A stretch of DNA of 64,000 bases, from NCBI GenBank assembly GCA_937901965.1, contig CALGSW010000010.1, forward strand, positions 83,775 through 147,774, given 5' to 3'. Positions 10,424 through 18,703 of the stretch are shown here, in pieces. The stretch comes from an uncultured Bacteroidota bacterium (GTDB taxonomy: Bacteria; Bacteroidota; Bacteroidia; Bacteroidales; UBA932). The position numbers and the translations under genes were made by a program. Every line of letters starts with the position of its first letter. Within the stretch, counting starts at the first letter, position 1. The notes under the pieces are model-generated. The model was not told the origin of the DNA. It saw only the letters and a program-made list of their open reading frames with translations, and searched no databases.

Positions 10424-12852
10424 AATTTTCAAAACTCATTTTATTGCTCGTGATTATCTTCATGAACACTGCTCCTTTTGCATCTGTCAATGCACAGGAG
10501 AATGTTAAATTCCAAATCCCCCCTGCTGAAATATTAGAGCTGGCAGATTATGAGAGAGCTCCCTCTGTAATGACAGACTCTAAGAATGAATATTTCATTT
10601 TTACCTACAGAAATACATATAAAAGCTTAGATGAACTAAATCAACCTGAATTAAAGCTTGCCGGCCTCAGAATTAATCCCATTGTTAATATATCTTCAGC
10701 TGTTGTATATGTTAACAATATTAAAATCAGGAAATCTACCGAGTCTACGGAATATCAGCTTGAAGGTCTTCCATCAAATCCAAAAATTTCAAATATTCAA
10801 TTCTCACCGGATGAAAGAAAACTTCTTTTTACAAATACAACGTCAAATGGTGTGGAACTTTGGATTGCAAACCTGGATTCAAAAAATGCAATAAAGCTAT
10901 CAGACAAACTCCTTAATGCAAATATGGGCAATCCGGCAACTTGGTCAAGAGACGGAAGCTATGTTATTGCCCGAATTTTACCTACCGACAGAAAACCTCT
11001 GATTGATGAATCAAAAAATATCCCTGATGGACCGATTGTATCTGTAGGAGAGGGGAAAGTTTCGCAGAACAGAACATATCAGGATTTACTCAAAAACAAA
11101 AATGATGAGCAGAATTTTGAAACGATTGCAACGTCTGAATTATGGAGAATAAATATCTCCGATGGGAGCAGTCAACTTTTTCTGGGAGCTGATATTTATG
11201 CAGGTGAAAGCTTTTCACCTAACGGGGAGTATCTGATGATTACAACAATTCAAAAACCATTTTCTTATATAGTTCCCCTTAGCAGATTTCCCCAGGTTTC
11301 TAAAGTATATTCTAAAGAGGGAGAATTTATAAAAGAGGTTAATAGCGTACCATTGATAGAGATTCAACCAAAGGGATTCAGCTCTACCAGAGTGGGAAAA
11401 AGATCAATGGATTGGAGAGCAGATAAAGCTGCATCTCTGTACTTTGTTGAGGCTCTTGATGGAGGAGACCAATCTGTTGAAGTACCATTCAGAGATCTTT
11501 TGTTTACATGGGACGCCCCATTTAATACAGAACCGAATGAGATTGTTAAAATACCTCAGCGTTTTGCAGGTGTAATCTGGGGAGATGATGCTACTGCAGT
11601 ATTAAGAGATATGTGGTATGATACAAGGATGTCCTCTACATACCTTTTTACACCATCATTGTCAAATCAGGAACCAAAGTTAATTAACAAAAGAAACAGA
11701 CAGGATATTTACTCTGATCCCGGATCTTTTGAAACAAGAAGAAACCAATACGGAAGATATGTTCTGGCAATTGAAAATGGAAACTTACTCCTTATTGGAG
11801 AAGGGTACACTAAAAATGGACAATTCCCATTTATTGATGAATTCAATTTGAAAACACAAAAAACTAAGAGACTATACCAGTCAAACTATACGAATAAAAA
11901 AGAGGATATCCTTTCTGTGACTGATTTTAAAAAAGGGATTGCTTTAGTACGAATTCAATCAAAAACCGAGTATCCTAATTATTATTTTATAAACTTCCGC
12001 AAGAAGACAGATCCTCAGCAACTAACGAATTTTAATAATCCTTTCAAAAAACTTGAAAAAGTTCATAAAGAGGTTATAAAATATAAAAGGAGTGATGGTG
12101 TTATTCTTTCAGGGACTCTTTATATACCGGAAGGATTTGATAGAACAAAAGATAATAAATTACCATTGCTAATCTGGGCATATCCAGAAGAATTTAAGGA
12201 TGCTGCCTCTGCAAGTCAAAGCACACATAATCCTAATGAATTTACTGCTCCGTCATATGGATCTTTCGTTTACTGGGCAGCAAAAGGTTATGCTGTTCTG
12301 GATGATGCATCCTTCCCTATAATTGGTGAGGGAAATAAGGAGCCTAATGATACTTTTATACAGCAGTTGGTTGATAATGCAAAAGCAGCAATTGATGCTG
12401 TCGATTCACTTGGATATATTGACAGAACAAGAGTAGGTGTGGGCGGGCACTCATATGGTGCCTTCATGACGGCAAACCTTTTGACTCATTCAGATCTATT
12501 TGCTGTTGGTATTGCAAGAAGCGGCGCTTACAACAGAACCCTCACTCCATTTGGATTCCAGAATGAACAAAGAAATTACTGGGATGTCCCTGAAGTGTAT
12601 AATACTATGTCTCCATTTATGAATGCATCAAAGATGAAAACTCCATTACTTCTTGTTCATGGAGAGGCCGATAATAATCCGGGAACATTCACTCTTCAGA
12701 CTGAGCGATATTTTCAGGCTTTAAAGGGCCTTGGTGCTCCTGTCAGAATGGTAATTCTACCAAAGGAGTCGCATGGTTATTCAGCAAGAGAAAATATTCT
12801 TCATTTGCTTTGGGAACAGGATCAGTTTTTTGAGAAGTATCTTAAAAAGTAA
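10420..12852 (+). CDS. Secreted S9 family peptidase, S9D/glutamyl-endopeptidase-like
   Basis: Signal peptide; beta-propeller region; GGHSYGAFMTANLL catalytic Ser; ARSGAYNRTLTPFGFQ; HGEADNN (Asp); ESHGY (His). Confidence 0.9.
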   Translation: MKFSKLILLLVIIFMNTAPFASVNAQENVKFQIPPAEILELADYERAPSVMTDSKNEYFIFTYRNTYKSLDELNQPELKLAGLRINPIVNISSAVVYVNNIKIRKSTESTEYQLEGLPSNPKISNIQFSPDERKLLFTNTTSNGVELWIANLDSKNAIKLSDKLLNANMGNPATWSRDGSYVIARILPTDRKPLIDESKNIPDGPIVSVGEGKVSQNRTYQDLLKNKNDEQNFETIATSELWRINISDGSSQLFLGADIYAGESFSPNGEYLMITTIQKPFSYIVPLSRFPQVSKVYSKEGEFIKEVNSVPLIEIQPKGFSSTRVGKRSMDWRADKAASLYFVEALDGGDQSVEVPFRDLLFTWDAPFNTEPNEIVKIPQRFAGVIWGDDATAVLRDMWYDTRMSSTYLFTPSLSNQEPKLINKRNRQDIYSDPGSFETRRNQYGRYVLAIENGNLLLIGEGYTKNGQFPFIDEFNLKTQKTKRLYQSNYTNKKEDILSVTDFKKGIALVRIQSKTEYPNYYFINFRKKTDPQQLTNFNNPFKKLEKVHKEVIKYKRSDGVILSGTLYIPEGFDRTKDNKLPLLIWAYPEEFKDAASASQSTHNPNEFTAPSYGSFVYWAAKGYAVLDDASFPIIGEGNKEPNDTFIQQLVDNAKAAIDAVDSLGYIDRTRVGVGGHSYGAFMTANLLTHSDLFAVGIARSGAYNRTLTPFGFQNEQRNYWDVPEVYNTMSPFMNASKMKTPLLLVHGEADNNPGTFTLQTERYFQALKGLGAPVRMVILPKESHGYSARENILHLLWEQDQFFEKYLKK

Positions 12853-12866
12853 AGTGCTAAAAAATG

Positions 12867-12899
12867 AAGGGTGATATTTAATGTCACCCTTTATTTTAT
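12867..12899 (+). terminator. Rho-independent terminator after the S9 peptidase gene
   Basis: AAGGGTGATAT/ATGTCACCCTT stem followed by TATTTTAT. Confidence 0.8.
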
Positions 12900-12907
12900 T
12901 ACTTTTG
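12900..12907 (+). promoter_or_regulatory. -7 promoter box for the uORF-TBDR unit
   Basis: TACTTTTG (TAnnTTTG) right after the terminator and 14 nt before the ATG at 12922. Confidence 0.65.
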
Positions 12908-12921
12908 CGCTCTGCTGATTT

Positions 12922-13272
12922 ATGGAACAGATTAGAAAAAGTTTTCTAAAATATCTTGTCTTAATATCGTTTATCACTTATTATAGTGGTGCTACGATGT
13001 TTTATCATGCACACATTCAGGGAGACGGTAAGATTGTCCATTCTCATTTTTATCTTACAGGTGATGCCTCAGCTCCATCCCACTCCCATTCAAATTCATC
13101 TCTTTCATTACTAGCTCTATTACTTTCGTCATTAAATTTTATAGTTTCATCTCTGTTATTACAGTCTGTATACAATAAAATACAATCAATTATCAGTATC
13201 AGTGATCAGCGAAAGCCATCATTATACTTTAATTTACAAATTCAATCAAGGGCACCTCCGGCAGTTAGTTAG
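12922..13272 (+). CDS. His-rich membrane-type leader ORF with a C-terminal RAPP motif (candidate arrest peptide, analogous to DUF2946/CruR)
   Basis: Two hydrophobic segments flank three HxH motifs; the protein ends QSRAPPAVS; it has its own promoter box and lies 46 nt upstream of a TBDR gene. Confidence 0.75.
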   Translation: MEQIRKSFLKYLVLISFITYYSGATMFYHAHIQGDGKIVHSHFYLTGDASAPSHSHSNSSLSLLALLLSSLNFIVSSLLLQSVYNKIQSIISISDQRKPSLYFNLQIQSRAPPAVS

Positions 13273-13318
13273 CTTGCTATAATTAAATTCTTCAACTAAC
13301 TAATTAACATATATTTAA

Positions 13319-15622
13319 ATGAATTTTAAAAATATTTATTTAACAATAATCATATTGTTATGCTATGGTGTTGTAAAATCACAGCCAAATTCAAACAAAG
13401 ACAAGATATCTTCAATAGCGGGTCACATTATTGAAAAAGAGACAGGAGAGCATATACCATTTGCCACAATAAAGATAGAAGAACTGCGAATAAACTTTTC
13501 AGCAGATGCATCGGGACATTTTCACAGAAACAATATTCCGTCAGGAAGATATAAATTCAGTGCATCTGCGCTAGGATACTTAATAAATGATACTATTATA
13601 GAAATTCAACCAGGCAGATTATCAACAATAAACTTTGAAATGAGCCAGAGCTCGTTTAATGTTGATGAAGTTGTTGTTACTGCAACGAGAAATGAATCCA
13701 AGAGAAAAGAATCCCCTTCTGTTATAAACGTTATAGGTAAGAGGTTGTTTGAACAATCAGCTTCAACGAACCTGAGTCAGGTTCTAAATTTTCAGCCGGG
13801 TGTAAGAGTTGAGGTTAGCTGCCAGAATTGTGCTGTCACTCAGGTTAGAATTAATGGTCTTGAAGGTCAATATTCTCAGATTTTACTTGACAGCAGACCT
13901 GTTTTCAGCTCACTGGCAGCTGTATACGGTATAGAACAACTTCCTGCAAGTATGATTGAAAGAGTAGAGGTTTTAAGGGGCGGTGGTTCTGCTGTATTTG
14001 GCTCAAATGCTATTGGAGGGGTTATTAATATAATAACAAAAGAACCAATTAAAAACACTCTCTCAATTTCAAATCAAACCGGTTTAACTGGTAAAGGTTC
14101 AATGGATTATACAACTTCATTAAATAGTTCGTATGTTACTAGTGATTTTAATACAGGTGTTTATCTATTTGGAATGATAAGAGACAGATCTCCTTATGAC
14201 AGAGATGGAGATGGATTTAGCGACATACCTGTTCTGGATGCTGAAACTATCGGTTTTAGAGGATATCATAAGTTTGCTCCAAATTCAAAACTAACATTGG
14301 AGTATCATCATATGAACGAGTTCAGAAGAGGTGGAGATTCTCTTTCTAAACCTCCGCATGAGGTGACCGTTGCAGAGCAGGTTAAACACAAAATTAATGG
14401 AGGTGCAGCAAAATTTGATGTAAACTCAAAAGATTATAAACATAAGATTTCAATATTTACTGCAGCTCAAAAAATTGGAAGAGACAGTTATTTTGGAACG
14501 AATAAAGATTATAACGCATACGGAAGAACTGATGATATTACAATCTCAGCAGGTACACAATACTCAACTCAAATAAAGAGACTAATATTTATGCCCTCGG
14601 AATTTACGGCAGGGTTTGAGTATAATTATAATTTTCTTAAAGATGCAATGCTGGGATATGATCGGATCTTAGAACAAGAAGCAATAACATTTGGTGGTTA
14701 TATACAGAATGAGTGGAAAAGTGAAAATGTTAGTGTCTTAATAGGTGCCAGGCTGGATAAAAATAATCATGTTAGTAAACCAATATTTTCTCCCAGACTC
14801 AATTTAAGGTATACTCCAAAGGAGAACCTTATTTTTAGGGGTAGTTTCTCCAGCGGTTACAGAGCTCCTCAAGCCTATAGTGAAGATCTCCACGTAGAAG
14901 CAGTTGGTGGATATGTAACTTTAATAGTAATTGATCCATTGCTAAAACCAGAATATTCAAATAGCTTAAGCGCATCAGCCGACTACTCCTTCTTTGCCGG
15001 GCCGATTCAGATGAATCTATTGGCTGAAGTTTTTCATACTAGTTTAAAGGATGTCTTTGCTCTTGAGGCAATTGGCAGAGATGAGGCGGGAAATATCTTA
15101 CTACTTAGAAAAAACGAAAAAGGGGCATTAATATCTGGTGCTAATATTGAATTAAAAGCAAATTATGGTAATTCTCTTTCTGCACAGGCCGGTTTCACAG
15201 TTCAGTCCAGCAGATATAAAGAGCTTTATAAATGGTCAGAAGATCCTAGCCTAACAGCTGATAAGCGCATGCATAAAACTCCTGGAAAATACGGTTATCT
15301 GACAGTTTCCTGGAACCCTTATACTCGTTTTAATACTTCATTCACATGTGTTTATACTGGTAGTATGTTAATGCCGCATTTTGCCGGTTATATTGACAAG
15401 GACAGACTACAAGTAACGCCTTCATTTCTTGATCTAGGTATAAAATTTTCATACGATATAAATATAAGTGGCGACCATATTATTCAGTTAAACGCAGGAA
15501 TAAAAAACTTTTTGGACTCTTACCAAACAGATTTAGACAGAGGTGAATTCAGAGATGCAGGATATGTATATGGACCGGGTAATCCCAGAACCTTTTTTGC
15601 AGGAATTAAAATTGATTTATAA
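13319..15622 (+). CDS. TonB-dependent outer-membrane receptor (CirA-like, not SusC type)
   Basis: Signal peptide; carboxypeptidase-regulatory-like N-domain (IIEKETGEHIPFATI); TonB box EVVVTATR; plug motif ERVEVLRGGGSAVFGSNAIGGVINIIT; SCQNC in the plug; C-terminal RTFFAGIKIDL beta-signal. Confidence 0.93.
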   Translation: MNFKNIYLTIIILLCYGVVKSQPNSNKDKISSIAGHIIEKETGEHIPFATIKIEELRINFSADASGHFHRNNIPSGRYKFSASALGYLINDTIIEIQPGRLSTINFEMSQSSFNVDEVVVTATRNESKRKESPSVINVIGKRLFEQSASTNLSQVLNFQPGVRVEVSCQNCAVTQVRINGLEGQYSQILLDSRPVFSSLAAVYGIEQLPASMIERVEVLRGGGSAVFGSNAIGGVINIITKEPIKNTLSISNQTGLTGKGSMDYTTSLNSSYVTSDFNTGVYLFGMIRDRSPYDRDGDGFSDIPVLDAETIGFRGYHKFAPNSKLTLEYHHMNEFRRGGDSLSKPPHEVTVAEQVKHKINGGAAKFDVNSKDYKHKISIFTAAQKIGRDSYFGTNKDYNAYGRTDDITISAGTQYSTQIKRLIFMPSEFTAGFEYNYNFLKDAMLGYDRILEQEAITFGGYIQNEWKSENVSVLIGARLDKNNHVSKPIFSPRLNLRYTPKENLIFRGSFSSGYRAPQAYSEDLHVEAVGGYVTLIVIDPLLKPEYSNSLSASADYSFFAGPIQMNLLAEVFHTSLKDVFALEAIGRDEAGNILLLRKNEKGALISGANIELKANYGNSLSAQAGFTVQSSRYKELYKWSEDPSLTADKRMHKTPGKYGYLTVSWNPYTRFNTSFTCVYTGSMLMPHFAGYIDKDRLQVTPSFLDLGIKFSYDINISGDHIIQLNAGIKNFLDSYQTDLDRGEFRDAGYVYGPGNPRTFFAGIKIDL

Positions 15623-16363
15623 GTCTAATGCTCTGCTCATTGCATCATATCCCATTTTAAATATTATATCCACTTTTTTAAGATCAAAAGTTTTAAATTG
15701 CATAGCGCTCTCAACTTCAACAAGGATATCACACATCTTTTTATCCTCCAGAGTATTTGCTCTGAACATAAAGTGATATGAACGCTCTGCAATTCCAACA
15801 ATATTCTTTGAGTATTTTTCAGTGACGAGGGGGCTTGCGTTGACGCCAATAACTTTATCGCATTCACCCCTTATTACTGAAACCGGGAAATTTTTAAAGA
15901 TCCCGCCGTCTGCATAAAGCTTACCGTTAATCTCAACAGGGTTAAATATAACCGGAACGCATGCAGATGCAGTAATTTTTTTTATTAACTCTCCTTCAGA
16001 GAATACTTCATACCTGCCATCATCAAGATTTGTAGCAACAACTTTTACAGGTATTTTTAACTCCTCAAATGTTTTTACAGAAATACTCGATTTAAGAAGT
16101 TTAATAAAACCTGTAGGTTTGAAGAGTCCTTTATTGGGAATATTTAATTCTACGAAGTAATTAAAATCCTTATCGTTGAATAGTTCAACAATTTTTTCCG
16201 GAGAATTTCCACCAGCATAAAGAGCAGCTACAATTGCTCCTGCACTTGTACCTGCAATAATATCCGGAATTATGCCTCTCTCTTCAAGAGCTTTGATTGC
16301 TCCCGCATGAGCAAATCCTTTTACACCACCTCCAGATAAAACAAGCCCTAAAGGATATTTCAT
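15617..16363 (-). CDS. Patatin-like phospholipase
   Basis: SGGGVKG (GxGxxG), GTSAG nucleophile elbow and DGG motif. Confidence 0.93.
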   Translation of the reverse strand: MKYPLGLVLSGGGVKGFAHAGAIKALEERGIIPDIIAGTSAGAIVAALYAGGNSPEKIVELFNDKDFNYFVELNIPNKGLFKPTGFIKLLKSSISVKTFEELKIPVKVVATNLDDGRYEVFSEGELIKKITASACVPVIFNPVEINGKLYADGGIFKNFPVSVIRGECDKVIGVNASPLVTEKYSKNIVGIAERSYHFMFRANTLEDKKMCDILVEVESAMQFKTFDLKKVDIIFKMGYDAMSRALDL

Positions 16364-16366
16364 TGC

Positions 16367-17623
16367 TTAGCTGATAGTAAAGAAAAATCTGGCTCCTTTG
16401 CCTATTTGTGATTCAGCCCACACACTGCCACCATGCCGCTCAATAACTCTTTTTACTGTTGATAAACCAACGCCGGTTCCACTGAAATCATCACCATGAT
16501 ACCTGACAAATGGTTTAAATAATTCATCTGCTTTATCTGAATCAAAGCCCGCTCCATTATCTTCAACACAAAAAACCACACTTCCCAGACTCTCTTCTGA
16601 ATAAAATTTAATTACCGGAGAAACAGTTTTTGAACTGTATTTAACAGCATTCCCCAACATATTATCTAATACAATACGGATTAAATTTGGGTCCGCATTT
16701 GCTTTGAGCCCGTCTTGTATTTCAATAGTTGGTTTAACCTCCGAGTATCTCAGTAAAAGATTATCTATTACATCTCTTGCCATGCTTGAAAGATTAACAT
16801 CTTCTCTTCTCAGCTCGGTTGTTCCGGATTGTGAAAATGCTAGCAAATCTTTGATGAGTTGTGCCATCTCCTCTGCCGAATCCTTTATGTATCCCATAAA
16901 CTCCTTATCATCTGAAGACATTTTACTGTCTGGATTATCAAGCATTGCAGATGCAAACCCCATTATTACAGAGAGGGGTGATCGCAGATCATGGGAAACA
17001 GAACGCGAAAATGATTCCAAATCACTGTTTGCCTGCTTAAGTTCAGTGTTAGATCTCTCTAGTTGTAACTTTATATCTGTAAGTTCATTGTTTCTTTTTG
17101 TTGCGGTCTCATAAACAGAGATTAGAAGATCAATAATTTGTCTTTTGGAAGATGTTATGGAGTATTCGTTACCTCTGAATTTTAATCTGATAACGTCATT
17201 ATCTCTTATCTCTGTTGCAATCTCTGCATTTATTAAAAGATGTTCGATTCTTTCCAGTATCTCTCTCTCCTCATAGGGCTTTGTAACAAAATTATCAGCT
17301 CCACACTGCAGCCCTTTGATAATATCGTCAGGATCTTGAAGTGCAGTGAGTAGCATTACCGGAATATCCTTTAATTTATCATCAGCTTTTATTTTACTGC
17401 AATAACCAAAACCATTCATTCCAGGCATTATGACATCACTTATAATTAATGCCGGCTTTGAAAGACAAATTGCTTCATAAGCATCTGATGCATTGTAAAA
17501 GATTTTGTATTTTATTTCGTTCTTCTTAAACAGATATTCAAGTCGTTTTGCCTGGACCAATGAATCTTCAGTCGCAACAATATGTCTGTCTCCAAGTAAT
17601 CTTGATATACTGCTATTGCTCAT
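16367..17623 (-). CDS. Receiver-histidine kinase hybrid (REC-HisKA-HATPase), putative output of the chemosensory operon
   Basis: REC (IISDVIMP, FVTKP), H-box SHDLRSPL, NAVKYS, DNGAGFD, GTGVGLSTV. Confidence 0.9.
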   Translation of the reverse strand: MSNSSISRLLGDRHIVATEDSLVQAKRLEYLFKKNEIKYKIFYNASDAYEAICLSKPALIISDVIMPGMNGFGYCSKIKADDKLKDIPVMLLTALQDPDDIIKGLQCGADNFVTKPYEEREILERIEHLLINAEIATEIRDNDVIRLKFRGNEYSITSSKRQIIDLLISVYETATKRNNELTDIKLQLERSNTELKQANSDLESFSRSVSHDLRSPLSVIMGFASAMLDNPDSKMSSDDKEFMGYIKDSAEEMAQLIKDLLAFSQSGTTELRREDVNLSSMARDVIDNLLLRYSEVKPTIEIQDGLKANADPNLIRIVLDNMLGNAVKYSSKTVSPVIKFYSEESLGSVVFCVEDNGAGFDSDKADELFKPFVRYHGDDFSGTGVGLSTVKRVIERHGGSVWAESQIGKGARFFFTIS

Positions 17624-18693
17624 TTTATATAAATATGATTTAGTTTTCTTGCAATTTCATCTGGATTGAGTACAGCACAGGCAGCTCCAAGTTTAAGAGC
17701 TTCTCCGGGCATACCATAAATTAAAGCAGAGCTGATATCCTGAATAAATGTAAAAGCACCGGTGTCTTTCATGAATTTTAATCCTGATGCTCCATCTCGT
17801 CCCATCCCCGACAGAATTATACCAACAGAGTTTTCACCGTAATATTTTGCAATACTTTTAAAAAGAATATCAACAGATGGTTTGTGAAGTGAATCAATAT
17901 CATTCCCGTTCAATATTGAAATAACTCCATTTTCAATAATCATGTGAGAATCGGGTGGGGGTATATAAATTTTACCGGATAAAGGCTTCTCTCCATTAAT
18001 CGCTATTACTGCTTCAATATTTGAAAAGGTATTAATCCATGTTGTAAATCCCTGTATAAAATTTTGGTCAATGTGTTGTATTAAAAGAATGGGTAACGGG
18101 AAATTTGGAGAGATTTCTGTAAGTAATGTTTTTAAAGCCTCGGGACCACCGGCAGAAGCACCTATTGCAACAATCCTGGCATTCACATTTATTTTACAGG
18201 TTTCGCCAACTGTTGTCATTGATTTTTTTAAATCAAGATTGTATGCTTTACCATTATTGCTCCTTCTTACAACCTTGACTTCTGCCATTAATTTAATTGA
18301 GTTTATGTATTTTACTGCTGATGATTCAAAAGTTTCATGACCTGGACCATGAGGTTTTGGCAGTACCATTACAGCACCTGCCTCTAGCTCACGAATGGCT
18401 GTAAGCACATCATTATCACGATATATGCTACTAACAATTATGACAGGTGCCGGGCATAAACTCATAATTCTTTTTGTAGCTTCAATCCCATCCATTACGG
18501 GCATATTAATATCCATGCTTACTACATCCGGCTTGTGCTTCATAGCCATTTCCACTGCCTCTTTCCCATCTGTTGCCGTAGCAACTACATCAATCATTGG
18601 ATCTTCAGACAGGATACCGGCGAGTAACCTTCTACCCACAGAAGAGTCGTCTGCAATTAATACCCTTATAGGTGATCTGATCTCCTTTTTCAT
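17620..18693 (-). CDS. cheB: Chemotaxis response regulator/methylesterase CheB
   Basis: N-terminal REC (SMDINMP); catalytic GASAGGP (Ser), IQHI (His), KPSVD and ILSGMGRDGA (Asp); YGMPGEA. Confidence 0.95.
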   Translation of the reverse strand: MKKEIRSPIRVLIADDSSVGRRLLAGILSEDPMIDVVATATDGKEAVEMAMKHKPDVVSMDINMPVMDGIEATKRIMSLCPAPVIIVSSIYRDNDVLTAIRELEAGAVMVLPKPHGPGHETFESSAVKYINSIKLMAEVKVVRRSNNGKAYNLDLKKSMTTVGETCKINVNARIVAIGASAGGPEALKTLLTEISPNFPLPILLIQHIDQNFIQGFTTWINTFSNIEAVIAINGEKPLSGKIYIPPPDSHMIIENGVISILNGNDIDSLHKPSVDILFKSIAKYYGENSVGIILSGMGRDGASGLKFMKDTGAFTFIQDISSALIYGMPGEALKLGAACAVLNPDEIARKLNHIYIK

Positions 18694-18703
18694 CCCTAAA
18701 ATG

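Noticed and set aside
16704-17114. 136-aa + strand ORF
   Set aside because: Antisense shadow of the REC-HK gene; Ser/Leu-rich with no motif, promoter or homology cue.
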